A stretch of 64,000 nucleotides of DNA from an uncultured Campylobacterales bacterium (GCA_902727925.1 CACVAW010000010.1:72726-136725), one strand, 5' to 3'. Shown: positions 43,132 through 55,230, numbered from the stretch's first letter. Program-made: numbers and translations. The notes: generated by a model from the letters alone, not told the origin.

Positions 43132-44073
43132 TTAAAAAAAGTTAATAATTGTTTGTTCCATTTCATTTGCTGATATAATAGTATTTACTTTATCCCTAAA
43201 TTCAGACGAATCAGTTTGTCCTTTTGAGTATGTATGTAAATGCTTTCTAAATGTTCTTATCCCTGTGTCTTCTCCATAAAATTCTATAATACTATGAAAA
43301 TGTTCTAGTACTATCTCTTTTATTTTGTCTTTAGGTGTTACTCCAAGCGAATTTTTAATTTGATAAAATATCCATGGATTACCAATAGCACCACGACCTA
43401 TCATTATACCGTCAGCCTTAGTATGCTCTTTGACGTGTTTTGCTGTATCGTAGTCTGTTATGTCACCATTTGCAAATAGAGGTATACTTATAGCCGCTTT
43501 AGCTTCTTTGATAGCGTCCCAGTCAGCATTACCCTTGTACATTTGTGCAGCGGTTCTTCCGTGAATTGCCATAAAATCTGCACCTGCAGATTCAACTGCT
43601 TTAGCAATATTTACATGGTTTTTTTCTTTGAATCCAAGTCTTACTTTTACGCTTGTGTACTCTTTATTTGAATACTCTTTGATAGTTTCTATTACTCTTT
43701 TAAATTGATCAAGGTCATCAAGAAGAGCTGACCCTGATCCTGTTTTAATTATCTTTTTTACTGGACATCCACAGTTTAAGTCAATTCCATCAATTCCGTC
43801 AATTTCATTTAGTATTAATACAGCTTTTTTTACGATCTCAGGTTCATTACCTGCAATTTGTACAATATAAGGAGTCTCATTTGGTGCTTTTTCAATCATA
43901 TGAAAAGTTTTTTTTGAGTGATGGACTAGTGCATTTGAGTTTATCATTTCACTATATGTCAAATCTACACCAAATTTTTTGGCTACACTTCTAAAAGGCA
44001 AGTCAGTAAATCCTGCTAATGGAGCAAGAACTACTAGGTTGTCAAAGCTTTTTATTGTTCCCATATTAGACAA
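43132..44073 (-). CDS. tRNA-dihydrouridine synthase
   Basis: LAPLAGFTDLPFR, DLNCGCP and HGRT motifs. Confidence 0.9.
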   Translation of the reverse strand: MSNMGTIKSFDNLVVLAPLAGFTDLPFRSVAKKFGVDLTYSEMINSNALVHHSKKTFHMIEKAPNETPYIVQIAGNEPEIVKKAVLILNEIDGIDGIDLNCGCPVKKIIKTGSGSALLDDLDQFKRVIETIKEYSNKEYTSVKVRLGFKEKNHVNIAKAVESAGADFMAIHGRTAAQMYKGNADWDAIKEAKAAISIPLFANGDITDYDTAKHVKEHTKADGIMIGRGAIGNPWIFYQIKNSLGVTPKDKIKEIVLEHFHSIIEFYGEDTGIRTFRKHLHTYSKGQTDSSEFRDKVNTIISANEMEQTIINFF

Positions 44074-45094
44074 ACAGGTTTATATCAAAGTGTTCGCCAG
44101 CTCTTTTGAGCTTTAGAAGTAAAGTATATTTGATATATTCATATCTATTTTGAATTAGTGTTTCTACGGTATCAAGTTTTTCGTATTCGAAGTTAATATA
44201 TATAAGAGCTTCATAAGCTTTTTCATTAACAATTGAAAGTTCGGTGAATATATCTATCATTCTTGATGGAACAAATTTTGCTTTAAATGTTTTAGCAATA
44301 TCAATAAAATCTTCTTTTGTGAAATCTTCTTGATTAGCAAAATATATGAAGTCTAAATCTGTATCTACTCTTTTGAGTATTTTTAATATATTTTTTTTAT
44401 TTAAATTTGGATTTATTTTTTTTATTGTTTTAATATCTTTTTGTGAGACTATTATATTTGTAATATATTCTTTTAATTCAACATCTTTTATTTTATCGTA
44501 GTTTTTTATATACTTATCAGCATAGATGGGGTCAATATCTAGTTTATTTAATTCATTTTTTATATATAGTTCATCTTTACTACTGAGTTTTGCTGTTTTG
44601 AAAAACTTTTCTTCTACTACTTCGTGATTTTGAATTTTATTTATATTTACTAGGAGATCAGACATAGTTTTGTCGTTTATTTCTAGTTTGTCTACAGAAG
44701 AGTTATGAAGTTTTAGTTTTTCAATTGATCTGATAAAATCTACAAAAAAACCAAAATGATTAGTTCTAAAGTTACTTTTTTGAACTATTTCTTTTCCAAG
44801 AGTCTTTTGAACTAATATATTAGCTAACATTTTTTTATCATGTGCTAATTTATTTTCATTTCTTTTTTTTATGTTGAGATTAAAAAGTAGGTGTAATATG
44901 GTTAATATATATATTAATACTGCAGGAAGTAACACCCAAAGAGCATTCAATATATTAAATTTATTATTGATATTAATATACTCTAATCCAAATAAAGAAA
45001 TTTCGCTAGTTGAACTATCTACAAAGTAATACACATAAGCAAAAATGGCAACTAATAGTAGTCCACCGTAAATAATAAATCGTTTTATTCCCAT
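44066..45094 (-). CDS. Hypothetical membrane-anchored protein (342 aa)
   Basis: Two N-terminal TM segments, then a K/E/N-rich helical region. No motif recognised. Confidence 0.45.
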   Translation of the reverse strand: MGIKRFIIYGGLLLVAIFAYVYYFVDSSTSEISLFGLEYININNKFNILNALWVLLPAVLIYILTILHLLFNLNIKKRNENKLAHDKKMLANILVQKTLGKEIVQKSNFRTNHFGFFVDFIRSIEKLKLHNSSVDKLEINDKTMSDLLVNINKIQNHEVVEEKFFKTAKLSSKDELYIKNELNKLDIDPIYADKYIKNYDKIKDVELKEYITNIIVSQKDIKTIKKINPNLNKKNILKILKRVDTDLDFIYFANQEDFTKEDFIDIAKTFKAKFVPSRMIDIFTELSIVNEKAYEALIYINFEYEKLDTVETLIQNRYEYIKYTLLLKLKRAGEHFDINLFV

Positions 45095-45152
45095 TTTAGC
45101 TTCCTTGCATATTAAATTTTGTAAATATTATATTCTAATATAATTTAGTTTA

Positions 45153-45515
45153 TTATAAGTTTTGTTCAATTGCATTTTTACAGTCAATACAATATTTTGC
45201 GTAAGGTTTAGCTAATAGTCTTTCAAACCTAATGCTTTCACTACACATTTCACAAACACCAAAATTCTTTTTATTTATTTTTAAAAGAGCATATTCTACT
45301 TTTTTTAGTTCTTGTGATTGTTTATCTAGAATTACAGAATTTCTAAATCTTGTATTCATATGATTCGCTTCATCTCCCTCATCAAGTACATTTCTATTTG
45401 CACTTATTCCTTTTACTTCTTTTAGTATTTGTTCCATATCTGATACCAGTTGCTCTTTTGTATCTAGTAGTTTTTCATTTATTTGTTTTATTTCAGCTTT
45501 TTTTAGTTTTGACAT
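45153..45515 (-). CDS. DksA/TraR-family C4 zinc-finger protein
   Basis: Coiled-coil N-terminus and CEMCSESI...YCIDC four-Cys finger. Confidence 0.8.
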   Translation of the reverse strand: MSKLKKAEIKQINEKLLDTKEQLVSDMEQILKEVKGISANRNVLDEGDEANHMNTRFRNSVILDKQSQELKKVEYALLKINKKNFGVCEMCSESIRFERLLAKPYAKYCIDCKNAIEQNL

Positions 45516-45524
45516 TTTATATCC

Positions 45525-47261
45525 TTATATAATTTTTGTATGGAGCTTTTCTTCAAAGTACTCGTCTACTTCAAAGTATATTTTATTGTTTTTCATATAT
45601 GTCAAGTTACTTTTATTAGCTTGTTTAACATTATTAAGACCCATTATAGCAAGTAATGAAGTTACACCTTTTATTAGGTTATTATGATAGTTTGCAACAC
45701 TATGACTTTTTTGTCTTGTTAGAAAAGAAGCTCTTTTTTTCTTGTTTTGAGTGGCTAGTCCTACTGGACAATCTCTTCCATTCGCACCCGAACACTCACG
45801 TGCACGGATACATCCTGCACTTATCATAAAGCCTCTTGCTATTGATATGAAGTCAGCACCTAGGCACTTAAGTAGTAATACATCATCTGGTGTAAGAACC
45901 TTTTCACTAGCGATGATTTTAACTTTGTCTCTAATTCCAAGTGTTTCTAGTTTTTTTTGTACTATATAAAGAGCTGATTGAATAGGAATTCCTACTTTTG
46001 TCATCATCTCAAGTGGTGCTGTAGCACTCCCACCATCTCCACCATCAATTGTTATAAAGTCAGGATAAGGTTTTCCTTCATCAATTCGTTTTTTAAGCTC
46101 ATCAGCTATCGGAACGAAGTTTTCTTTACCTGAAATTACTATTTTAATTCCGACAGGTTTTTCTGAAGCTTCTTGTAAAGTTCCTACATAGTCAAAAAGA
46201 TCAGATGTTGAAGTAGCATAAGGAAATCTATTTGGACTTATCACATCTTTATATGGTTCTATTCCTCTATAGTATGCAACTGCTGGAGTTACTTTACTTG
46301 CTAGAAGTTTACCTCCAGTTTGTTTTGCACCTTGAGCTAATTTGATCTCTGTCATTTTAGAAAATCTCATTATCTTTTTGTATTTTTCATAGTTGAAGTT
46401 ACCTTCAGCATCTCTAACTCCATAAAGACCACTTCCCATTTGAAAAATAATATCAGGTAAATCGTGTGGTACATCTTCAGGAAAATACTCTAATGGTTGA
46501 TCCCAGTCAATTCTAAAAAATTGAAGTTTTTTATTATCAAAACTATAAGTCTCAACTTCATCTATATTATCTATAATTAGTCTTCTATATGTCTTTTTTG
46601 CTAGTTCTGCATTAAAGAAAAACTTTACTACATAATATACAGCTTTTGAGAGCTTAGTTCCTTTTTTTATATCCATATATCTATTTTTGGTTTCATCATC
46701 AGTACAGTTTTGTGATCTTAAAAAGTTACTTGTAAGTCCACCTTCTCCTGTATTTATAGGGAATTTTGCCATATAGGCACCCATAGCAAAAGCTTGTGTT
46801 CCCTCAGGAGAGATTGACCCATCACTCATAGCACTTCTTCCGATTATGGATTTTGTTTTAAAGGGATATTTTTTGTCGTCTCCAAATACTACAGAAAAGT
46901 CGGGGCTCACTTCATCATTATTATAAGCAGTATTAGCATGCTTAAACAAAAACTTTCCACGACTATCATACTTTGATGGTGAAAACGCGCTAAAAAGAGT
47001 TTTATTCTCTGATGCCTTTTCTACCCATGCTATTTGGTCATGACTTTTATAGAATTTTTCATCTCCAAAGTATTGGCGCATAGGATCACGTAAAAGATAA
47101 AAAAAGTGTCTCATATGACCTATTATTGGAAAATTGATTAAAATTTGATTTTTTCTTTGTACATATCTGTCATAAACAAATAGAGCAAAGAAAGCAAGTA
47201 GTATCAGTAAAAAAAGAAGTAACTTATAATGCTCAGCAATAAAGTTTAATATATATTCCAC
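45525..47261 (-). CDS. FMN-binding glutamate-synthase-family protein (GltB central-domain-like) with an N-terminal TM anchor
   Basis: LAQGAKQTGGKL and IDGGDGGSATAP motifs resemble the GltS FMN domain. Confidence 0.75.
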   Translation of the reverse strand: MEYILNFIAEHYKLLLFLLILLAFFALFVYDRYVQRKNQILINFPIIGHMRHFFYLLRDPMRQYFGDEKFYKSHDQIAWVEKASENKTLFSAFSPSKYDSRGKFLFKHANTAYNNDEVSPDFSVVFGDDKKYPFKTKSIIGRSAMSDGSISPEGTQAFAMGAYMAKFPINTGEGGLTSNFLRSQNCTDDETKNRYMDIKKGTKLSKAVYYVVKFFFNAELAKKTYRRLIIDNIDEVETYSFDNKKLQFFRIDWDQPLEYFPEDVPHDLPDIIFQMGSGLYGVRDAEGNFNYEKYKKIMRFSKMTEIKLAQGAKQTGGKLLASKVTPAVAYYRGIEPYKDVISPNRFPYATSTSDLFDYVGTLQEASEKPVGIKIVISGKENFVPIADELKKRIDEGKPYPDFITIDGGDGGSATAPLEMMTKVGIPIQSALYIVQKKLETLGIRDKVKIIASEKVLTPDDVLLLKCLGADFISIARGFMISAGCIRARECSGANGRDCPVGLATQNKKKRASFLTRQKSHSVANYHNNLIKGVTSLLAIMGLNNVKQANKSNLTYMKNNKIYFEVDEYFEEKLHTKII

Positions 47262-47277
47262 AAAAATCTCCTAGGAT

Positions 47278-48300
47278 TTATAATTTGTCTTGAACTAGTT
47301 TTACAAAATATTTTGCATTTTCTACTGGTACATCAGGAAGTATTCCGTGACCAAGGTTAAAAATATGCCTTTTGTTTTGCATTACTTTTTTAATCTTTTC
47401 TACGCCTTCTTTTATGGCGTCTTTACTATATAGTCTTGTAGGCTCAAGATTACCTTGAAGGACATACTTACTTCCAAGTTTTTTATGAGCCAAATCAATT
47501 GGAGTTGACCAATCAACTCCAAAAACATCAAAATCTCCATCAATTTCTTCTAAATAACCACTTACTCCTTTTGGAAAAGCGATTATTGGGATATGAGGAT
47601 ATTTGGATTTTATGTAAGTTGAAATTTCTTGAATATATTTCCACCCAAATTCTAGATAAGTGTCTTTTTCCAAAGCACTTGCCCATGAATCAAATATCAT
47701 AACAGCGTCTGCACCTGAAAGTATCTGTTTTTCAAGGTATAGTTTAAGAGATTCGGTTAGTACTTTGAGTAGGCTATGAATGAATTCAGGGTTTGTATAA
47801 ATAAGTTTTTTTACATTTGCATAGGTTTTAGATCCAGTGCCTTCAATCATGTAGGTCACAAGTGTCCAAGGAGCTCCACAAAAACCTATCAAGGCTTTTG
47901 AATCATCTAGCCTATCTCTTGTGATTTTGAGCATATCATATACATAAGAAAGATTGTTTGCACATTTGACAGGATCAAAGTCTTGTATATCTTTAATACT
48001 TTTAATAGGATCTGAAAATACAGGTCCGACATTTGGTATGAAGTCTAGTTTCATACCAAGTTCAAGTGGTACAACTAAAATATCAGAAAACATTATAGCT
48101 GCGTCCACATCAAGTATATCTATGGGTTGAAGTGTTACATCAGATGCAAGTTTAGGGTTTTTGCAAAGTGACAAAAAATCACCAGCATCTTTTCTTACTG
48201 CTCTATATTCTGGCAAATACCTACCAGCTTGTCTCATCATCCATACAGGTGAGTATGGAACATCTTTACCTTGACAAGCATCTATGAAAATTTTGTTCAA
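47278..48300 (-). CDS. hemE: Uroporphyrinogen decarboxylase
   Basis: [16 protein letters not shown] signature and length. Confidence 0.95.
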   Translation of the reverse strand: MNKIFIDACQGKDVPYSPVWMMRQAGRYLPEYRAVRKDAGDFLSLCKNPKLASDVTLQPIDILDVDAAIMFSDILVVPLELGMKLDFIPNVGPVFSDPIKSIKDIQDFDPVKCANNLSYVYDMLKITRDRLDDSKALIGFCGAPWTLVTYMIEGTGSKTYANVKKLIYTNPEFIHSLLKVLTESLKLYLEKQILSGADAVMIFDSWASALEKDTYLEFGWKYIQEISTYIKSKYPHIPIIAFPKGVSGYLEEIDGDFDVFGVDWSTPIDLAHKKLGSKYVLQGNLEPTRLYSKDAIKEGVEKIKKVMQNKRHIFNLGHGILPDVPVENAKYFVKLVQDKL

Positions 48301-48321
48301 TATAATTCCTAATCTATAGAG

Positions 48322-49356
48322 TTAAGCATTTTGCTGTTCTATCCATTTAAGAGCGATTCTTACAGAATTTGTAGCAGCTCCCACTCTTACTTGATCAGCA
48401 ACATTGAAAAAATGAATAACATTAGGAGAATATATATCACGTCTTATTCTTCCTACATATGTCATATCAGTATCTGTTGCGATAGTTGGCATTGGGTATT
48501 CGTTTGCTTCAAGATCATCTATTACTACTAGATTTTCAAAGTTTTCAAACGCATTTCTTACGGCGTCAATATCTGCTTCAACACCATCTTCAAATGTCAC
48601 AGTGATACTTTCACTATGACTTCTTAAGATTGGCACTCTTACACAAGTTGCAGCAACTGCTATATCTTTATGTAATATCTTTTGAGTCTCTTGCACCATT
48701 TTCATCTCTTCTTTTGTGAAGCCATTATCTTGAGCTACATCAATTTGAGGAATAAGGTTTAGAGCTATTTGATGAGCAAAAGTTTCTATTTTACTTGAGT
48801 CAAGTTTGAATTCAAAAAAATCTTTCATTTGAGTCACAAGTTCTTCCATACCAGCTTTACCTGCGCCACTTACTGCTTGATATGTACTAACATCAACTCT
48901 TTTGATACCATATAAATCATCAAGTGGTTTAAGTGCTTGAACCATTTGTATAGTTGAACAGTTTGGATTTGCGATGATTCCACTATCTTCATATCCTGCG
49001 ATATCTTCTGGGTTTACTTCAGGCACAACAAGAGGAACATTCTCATCCATTCTAAAGTGACTTGTATTATCTACTACAACAGCACCAGCACTAACTGCAC
49101 TTTTAGCAAACTTTGCACTGATATCACCACCAGCAGAGAAAAATGCGATTTCAACATTTTCTTCCATGAAAACATCATGAGTTAATTCTTTTACTTGTAT
49201 TTCTTGATTAGCAAATTCGATATATTTTCCAGCACTTCTAGTACTTGCTAGTGGAACTAACTTATTTATAGGGAAGTTTAATATTTCTAATACTTTGAAT
49301 AATTCTTCACCTACAGCGCCAGTAGCACCTACAACAGCTACATTATATTTTTTCAT
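48322..49356 (-). CDS. asd: Aspartate-semialdehyde dehydrogenase
   Basis: VAVVGATGAVG, IANPNCSTI (active-site Cys) and VRVPILRSHS motifs. Confidence 0.95.
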   Translation of the reverse strand: MKKYNVAVVGATGAVGEELFKVLEILNFPINKLVPLASTRSAGKYIEFANQEIQVKELTHDVFMEENVEIAFFSAGGDISAKFAKSAVSAGAVVVDNTSHFRMDENVPLVVPEVNPEDIAGYEDSGIIANPNCSTIQMVQALKPLDDLYGIKRVDVSTYQAVSGAGKAGMEELVTQMKDFFEFKLDSSKIETFAHQIALNLIPQIDVAQDNGFTKEEMKMVQETQKILHKDIAVAATCVRVPILRSHSESITVTFEDGVEADIDAVRNAFENFENLVVIDDLEANEYPMPTIATDTDMTYVGRIRRDIYSPNVIHFFNVADQVRVGAATNSVRIALKWIEQQNA

Positions 49357-49413
49357 TATTATAACCTCGTCTTGTAATTATTTTGATGAAATTATATCAA
49401 AGTATGTTAAAGA

Positions 49414-50880
49414 CTATTTTCTAAGGAAGTATATGAACGCAACTGGAACAAAAAATCCTATTGAGATTACAATACTCATAAGTATTCCAAGATTAGAATA
49501 GTCAGCAGTTGATATTGTAACTCCATCAGATATTACTTCTCTACTTATTACAAATATTTTATTTAAGTATTTAGTCAAAAGTCCACTTGCCATAAGAGCT
49601 AAATTCATTAAGCTTGTCATCAAAGCAAACCAAGTACCTTTTCTTCCCTCAGGTGCATTAACGGCGACCAAGGTAAGCAGTACAACCATAGAAAGATAAT
49701 CAAAAGGACTATCAAGTGCTACATCAATAAGAGCTATATCTCTTGCACTTATTCCAAAAGCAGCTGTATATTCATGTAAGCCATAATACATTCCTAAAAT
49801 AGGAAGAGAAAGTACCGTGGAAATTAAAACTAAGATGATTAAGACTTTTGAAATAGAGAGCTTAACAATGAGGTCACTCATAAACCAAAGTCCAAAAAGA
49901 GCAAGTACTGCTCCAATTTGTTTTAGCACTCCAAAGAATTGTTCATCAAATCCTAAAACATCTATCTCCCACCATAAAAGTCCAGGTCCAACTGATGGAA
50001 CTGCTCGGTAGATAAATATAATCACAATGGCACTTACCATGAATTTGATTTGTTTATTGCTTAAGTCCTTAATTAGTTCATAGATCATAAAGAGTATTAC
50101 AAAGAGAGACACAAAAAATATTATTTCTTGAGAGTAGGCAAAATTGTTATACCCCATAAATATTACAAAAAATGCAAAGGTTATACCACCAAAGAATATT
50201 TTATTGTTTAGGGGAGACTTTAATGGAGTATCAAGCTTGACTAGCATTGCACCAGCTATTGATATGAATGGTATGATAAGAGCAATTATGAACACTAGTT
50301 CATATGAATGTTTTGCTACTATGCCACCTAGACCAACTACAAGTATTCCAGCAAGTCCAAGAGCTAGACGTCCAAGAACTTGAATGATAGCTAGTTCTCT
50401 TTTTTGTTCTTCTTTTGAAGCAGATTTGTCAATGACCTCTGTACTCATAGTATCGGCCACAACATCTTGAAGGACAAATCCAATCACAGCTATGACAGAT
50501 GATAATATGAATGTAAACTCTTTAGAAAATGGTAGTATTTGATGTTCTCCTACCATATCTATCATCATTAGTGTACTAACTAATATAAGAGTAGCTCCAA
50601 GATAGATAAAGCCTTTTCTTCTTGAACCTATAAGAGAAAATGAATCAACAATTTGACCAAAAACCATTTTAATAGACCAAGGAATCATTAGCCAGACACC
50701 AAGAGTTATGAGTTCTGATGAATCAAGGTCTAAGTGACTTTTAATCCAAAAACTCTCAGCTATACTAGTAAAAGCACTTGCTCCATAAGCAAAATATATA
50801 CAAAGAAGAGGTAAGTATCTAGCCCGAATAGATTTTATAGGAAGTAAGAATTTAAGAAGTAAGCTATTCAAAGAGTCCAT
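49414..50880 (-). CDS. Multi-pass membrane transporter (MFS-like; possibly the folate/biopterin transporter family)
   Basis: About 12 hydrophobic segments. Family guess is tentative. Confidence 0.5.
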   Translation of the reverse strand: MDSLNSLLLKFLLPIKSIRARYLPLLCIYFAYGASAFTSIAESFWIKSHLDLDSSELITLGVWLMIPWSIKMVFGQIVDSFSLIGSRRKGFIYLGATLILVSTLMMIDMVGEHQILPFSKEFTFILSSVIAVIGFVLQDVVADTMSTEVIDKSASKEEQKRELAIIQVLGRLALGLAGILVVGLGGIVAKHSYELVFIIALIIPFISIAGAMLVKLDTPLKSPLNNKIFFGGITFAFFVIFMGYNNFAYSQEIIFFVSLFVILFMIYELIKDLSNKQIKFMVSAIVIIFIYRAVPSVGPGLLWWEIDVLGFDEQFFGVLKQIGAVLALFGLWFMSDLIVKLSISKVLIILVLISTVLSLPILGMYYGLHEYTAAFGISARDIALIDVALDSPFDYLSMVVLLTLVAVNAPEGRKGTWFALMTSLMNLALMASGLLTKYLNKIFVISREVISDGVTISTADYSNLGILMSIVISIGFFVPVAFIYFLRK

Positions 50881-51874
50881 CCTCTAACAGGTCGCTTAGT
50901 CCCATCTCTTGATAAGTTTTTCTTGTAGCAATTCTTCCACGAGAAGTTTTTTCGATATATCCATTAGCTATTAAAAATGGCTCTAATACATCTTCAATAG
51001 TTGCTTCATCTTCACTTAGACTTGCAGCTATTGTACTTAGTCCTAGAGGTCTGTTCTTGGATTCAATTAAAAGATTCAAAAACTTTATATCAAGTTCATC
51101 AAATCCTTTATTATTTATACCCAGCTCATCAAGACCGTATTTTGCTCGTTCTAGGCTTATTGTCTCTTCATCTTCAACTTCTGCGAAGTCTCTTACACGT
51201 TTGAGTAGTCTTAGTGCTATTCTTGGAGTTCCTCTTGATCTTTTTGCTATTTCTTTGCTTGAGTGAGTATCTGTTAGTTTGTTTAGTTTTACACTTGCAT
51301 TATTTATTATCTTTGCAAGTTCGTCTTCATTATAAAACTGCAAGCGAAAGTGCATACCAAATCTATCTCTTAAAGGAGAACTTATCATTCCAGCACGTGT
51401 CGTTGCTCCTATAAGTGTGAATTTTGGAAGGTCAACTTGAAGAGTTTGTGCAGCTGGTCCACTTCCTACTATGATGTCAAGCTTGAAGTCTTCCATCGCA
51501 GGATAGAGTATCTCTTCAATAGCAGGACTAAGACGGTGTATCTCATCAATAAAAAGTATATCACCATCTGTAAGGTTTGTAAGAATTGCAGCTAAGTCTC
51601 CGCTTTTTTCTATCATGGGAGCTGCTGTTGTTTTGATATTGGCACTCATTTGGTTGGCTATGATATGAGCTATGGTGGTTTTCCCCAGACCTGGAGGTCC
51701 AAAGAAGAGTATATGATCTATGCATTCGCTTCTTTTAAGGGCTGCTTTTATGAAAATATTTAGGTTTTTCTTGATTTTTTCTTGACCTATATATTCATCC
51801 CAAGCAGAGGGTCTAAGAGTAATTTCATCAGAGTCTTCAAAATATTGTTTTTCTACTTCTACTATTCGTTCCAT
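50864..51874 (-). CDS. ruvB: Holliday junction branch migration helicase RuvB
   Basis: [34 protein letters not shown] and GTPRIA motifs. Confidence 0.95.
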   Translation of the reverse strand: MERIVEVEKQYFEDSDEITLRPSAWDEYIGQEKIKKNLNIFIKAALKRSECIDHILFFGPPGLGKTTIAHIIANQMSANIKTTAAPMIEKSGDLAAILTNLTDGDILFIDEIHRLSPAIEEILYPAMEDFKLDIIVGSGPAAQTLQVDLPKFTLIGATTRAGMISSPLRDRFGMHFRLQFYNEDELAKIINNASVKLNKLTDTHSSKEIAKRSRGTPRIALRLLKRVRDFAEVEDEETISLERAKYGLDELGINNKGFDELDIKFLNLLIESKNRPLGLSTIAASLSEDEATIEDVLEPFLIANGYIEKTSRGRIATRKTYQEMGLSDLLEDGLFE

Positions 51875-51973
51875 GAGTATATAACCTAATGAGTTTTTGA
51901 GATTATATATAAACAGACATAAAATTACTACGAAAGTTTTTTTGATAATGATATAATTACGTATTTAGGAAAG

Positions 51974-52930
51974 GTGAGACAAGTGAAATCAAAAAAAGCA
52001 ATTTTATTATTAAATATGGGTGGACCAAATAATATAGATGAAGTAAAAGTATTTCTAAACAATATGTTTAATGATAAAGCCATCATAGGTGCACCAAAAC
52101 CCATAAGAAAAATGATAGCTTTTTTGATAACTACTCTAAGACTTAAAGAAGCTAAGTCAAACTATAAAAAACTAGGTGGAAAATCACCAATAGTCGCGTA
52201 TACTAAAAACTTGGTAAAAAAACTTGCAGGTGAGTTAGACGAAGATGTATATTATGTGATGAGGTATACTCCACCATTTGCTGATGATGTGTTAAAAGAT
52301 ATTAAAGACTATGATAAATTTTATCTTATACCTATGTACCCACACTACTCATCAACTACTACAGCATCTTCACTAGATCATATATATAAAAGTGCAAAAA
52401 AATTTGGGATAGATAGAAGTAAATTTGTCTCACTTGATAAGTACTATAATAACAAGGTCTATAATAATAGTATAATCAGTAGAATAAAAGAGTCTTTAGC
52501 AGACAAAAATGCAAATGATTATGAATTAATATTCTCAGCTCATGGGTTACCTAAAAGTATCATTGATAAAGGTGATGTATATCAAAACCATATCAAGCAA
52601 AATGTATTAACTCTTAGAAAGATGTTATTAGCAAATAGTATTAACTTCAATAACACACATATCGCATATCAATCAAGACTTGGTCCCGTTGAATGGATAA
52701 AACCATATTTAGACGATAAACTAAAAGAGATATCAAAAAACACAAAGTCTAAGAAAAAAGTACTTATATATCCTATAGCTTTTACTATCGATAATTCTGA
52801 GACTGAATTTGAACTAGATGTCGAGTATAAAGAGATAGCAGATGAGCTAAAACTAGAAGACTATCAAGTAATAAAAGCTCCAAATGAGATGATGAGTGAT
52901 AGTATTAAAGATTTGTATCAGAAGATGTAA
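51974..52930 (+). CDS. hemH: Ferrochelatase
   Basis: AILLLNMGGPN, LIPMYPHYSSTT and FSAHGLP motifs. GTG start; the exact start is uncertain. Confidence 0.85.
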   Translation: MRQVKSKKAILLLNMGGPNNIDEVKVFLNNMFNDKAIIGAPKPIRKMIAFLITTLRLKEAKSNYKKLGGKSPIVAYTKNLVKKLAGELDEDVYYVMRYTPPFADDVLKDIKDYDKFYLIPMYPHYSSTTTASSLDHIYKSAKKFGIDRSKFVSLDKYYNNKVYNNSIISRIKESLADKNANDYELIFSAHGLPKSIIDKGDVYQNHIKQNVLTLRKMLLANSINFNNTHIAYQSRLGPVEWIKPYLDDKLKEISKNTKSKKKVLIYPIAFTIDNSETEFELDVEYKEIADELKLEDYQVIKAPNEMMSDSIKDLYQKM

Positions 52931-52967
52931 AATAGCTTTTACTTTAAATATTTAATGCTAAAGTTTC

Positions 52968-52996
52968 ATTTGTTGACTGACGGTCGGTCAACAAAT
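52968..52996. promoter_or_regulatory. 29-bp near-perfect palindrome upstream of the TetR gene (operator candidate overlapping a TTGACT...TTTAAT promoter-like pair)
   Basis: ATTTGTTGACTGAC-g-GTCGGTCAACAAAT has one mismatch between its arms and ends 17 nt before ATG 53014. Confidence 0.5.
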
Positions 52997-53013
52997 TTAA
53001 TCAAAGATATTTA

Positions 53014-53631
53014 ATGGCACCAAAAGTTATAGACAAAGCTAAAAAAAGAAAAGATATGGCACTTGCATGTAGTAATCTAATTCATGATGTAGGTATAAAA
53101 AACTTAACTATACAAAAAGTAGCGGATAGTGCTGGTATAGGTAAAGGTACTGTTTACGAGTATTTTGAAAATAAAGAAGATATTATTTTTGAGATTATTA
53201 ATATTCATATTGAAAACTATCAAAATCAATTTTTAAAAGATATCACAACTTTTAGTTCTATAAAAGAGAAGATTTTTTATTTTTTTAATTTTGTTTTAAA
53301 TGATGATGAAGAAACATCAAAACACTTTAACGGATACCGAGAATATTTATCTATCATTTTTACTGATGGCAATGAAGGTATGTGGGACTTTAATGAAGAG
53401 TGTAATATTTTTATTGAAGAGCAGTTAAATCAGATAATTCAAGAGGGAATCGATAAAAACGAGTTAAATCCTATTTCTAAAAAATTCATCAAACCTATTA
53501 TGATTTTTGAAAAAGGACTTGTCCTTGTCAAAATGACTCAAAAAAATCAAAATGTAAAAAAAGAGTGTGAGAATTTCATAAATGAACTTTTTGCTCTAAT
53601 ATCTACAAAAGAAGGAATTAAAAATGTTTAA
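53014..53631 (+). CDS. TetR/AcrR family transcriptional regulator
   Basis: N-terminal HTH LTIQKVADSAGIGKGTVYEYFENKEDI. Confidence 0.85.
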   Translation: MAPKVIDKAKKRKDMALACSNLIHDVGIKNLTIQKVADSAGIGKGTVYEYFENKEDIIFEIINIHIENYQNQFLKDITTFSSIKEKIFYFFNFVLNDDEETSKHFNGYREYLSIIFTDGNEGMWDFNEECNIFIEEQLNQIIQEGIDKNELNPISKKFIKPIMIFEKGLVLVKMTQKNQNVKKECENFINELFALISTKEGIKNV

Positions 53632-54667
53632 AAAATTGTTTATTATTATGTTACCTGGATTTATACTCTGTGCAGCTCCAGCTTCACTTGTAGAACTTAC
53701 ATCTTTAAAAAAAGGTCAAATTAATCCTTTAGTTAGATTTGTAGGTAGTGTTATGTACTCACAAAAATCAGAGATTGCGTCACAAAGTTCAGGAATAATA
53801 ACAAAAGTGAATTTTGAAATAGGTGATGAGGTCAAAAAAGGTCAAGTTTTAGCTCATATTGATAGTGAACTCTTAGATGCAAAAATGCAGTCACTAAAAG
53901 CAAATTTAGCAACAATGAAAGATGAAGAAAGAAGTTCATATAAAGATATAAGTAGATACAAAAAGCTTTTTGCTTCAGGTTCAGTCACGCAAAAAGAGTA
54001 TGAGAATATGGAGCTAAAATATAGTTCAGCAAAAAATATGTCTATAGTCTCAAATGCAAACCTAAAAGAGCTTCAAATACAAAAGAATCAAAAAATCATC
54101 AAAGCTCCATATAGTGGGGTAATAGTCTCAAAAGATATAAACTTAGCAGAATGGGTAAAAGATGGTTCAAAAATAGCAACTATAGTTGACACTAATAATC
54201 TTGAAATAGTAGTTAATGTACCAATTGATTTTGTAAATGAACTTGATAAAAGTAAAGAGTATGATATAGAAATAGGAAGTAAAATATATAAAGCTTCTTT
54301 AAAAGGTGCAATCCCTAGTGGAGACAAGCTAACAAGAACCTTACCAGTGATATTCAAAGTAACTCTTAAAGATGTATTTACTTATGAGGGACAAGAAGCT
54401 TCTATAGAACTAGCTAAAAATATACAAAAAGAAGTAATACTTGTAAAAAGAGACGCTGTTATCAAGAAGTTTGGTCAAGATGTAGTATTTGTAGTAGATG
54501 ACAATCTTATAGCTATAATGACACCTGTGAAAATTCTTGGATATGATGGAGCTTATATAGGTATATCAGCTCCAAATCTAAGCGAAAAAACAAAAGTGAT
54601 ATTAAAAGGAAATGAACGAGTGTTTCCAAACTCACCAGTTAAAGTAATAAATGAGGCTTCAAAATGA
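53624..54667 (+). CDS. RND efflux periplasmic adaptor (membrane fusion protein)
   Basis: Signal/anchor followed by lipoyl-like GDEVKKGQVLAHID, a coiled-coil hairpin and IKAPYSGVI. Confidence 0.85.
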   Translation: MFKKLFIIMLPGFILCAAPASLVELTSLKKGQINPLVRFVGSVMYSQKSEIASQSSGIITKVNFEIGDEVKKGQVLAHIDSELLDAKMQSLKANLATMKDEERSSYKDISRYKKLFASGSVTQKEYENMELKYSSAKNMSIVSNANLKELQIQKNQKIIKAPYSGVIVSKDINLAEWVKDGSKIATIVDTNNLEIVVNVPIDFVNELDKSKEYDIEIGSKIYKASLKGAIPSGDKLTRTLPVIFKVTLKDVFTYEGQEASIELAKNIQKEVILVKRDAVIKKFGQDVVFVVDDNLIAIMTPVKILGYDGAYIGISAPNLSEKTKVILKGNERVFPNSPVKVINEASK

Positions 54668-55230
54668 AAAATATATTAATAATTACAGCACACCCAAGTT
54701 CAAGAAACTTAACAAAAGAGATAGCTTCTATTTATAAAAAAGAAAAAGAAAAACAAAACAAAAAAGTAGAACTTATAGATTTATATAGTGCTAAACAACT
54801 TGAGTTTTTAAATTTTGAAGATTCTAATAATATTGAGATAAATGATACTCAAAAATATTATCAAGAAAAAATCAAAAATGCTAGTGAAATTGTCTTTGTG
54901 TATCCATTTTGGTGGGGTAGTATGCCAGCAATATTGAAAAATTGGATAGATAGTGTATTAACTATAAATTTTGCTGCAAAATATAATGGAAAAGGACTGC
55001 CTGTAGGACTACTTAAAGGAAGAAGTGTAAAAATAATAGTAACTTCTGGTGCACCAACTTTTTTCTATATACTAAATGGTATAAAAAGAGCAAATAAAAA
55101 AATATGGAAACAGACTATAGTAGAATTTTGTGGAATGAAGTTTGATGGGTATTATCTTTTTGGGGGTATGGATACAAAAGGTAAAAATGTACCCAAAATG
55201 TTTAAAGTAATAAAAACTATAGCAAATTAA
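54664..55230 (+). CDS. Flavodoxin-like-fold NAD(P)H-dependent oxidoreductase (quinone reductase / azoreductase-type)
   Basis: KNILIITAHPSS... and FVYPFWWGSMPAILKNWID are typical of the Flavodoxin_2 family. ATGA overlap with the adaptor gene stop. Confidence 0.75.
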   Translation: MKNILIITAHPSSRNLTKEIASIYKKEKEKQNKKVELIDLYSAKQLEFLNFEDSNNIEINDTQKYYQEKIKNASEIVFVYPFWWGSMPAILKNWIDSVLTINFAAKYNGKGLPVGLLKGRSVKIIVTSGAPTFFYILNGIKRANKKIWKQTIVEFCGMKFDGYYLFGGMDTKGKNVPKMFKVIKTIAN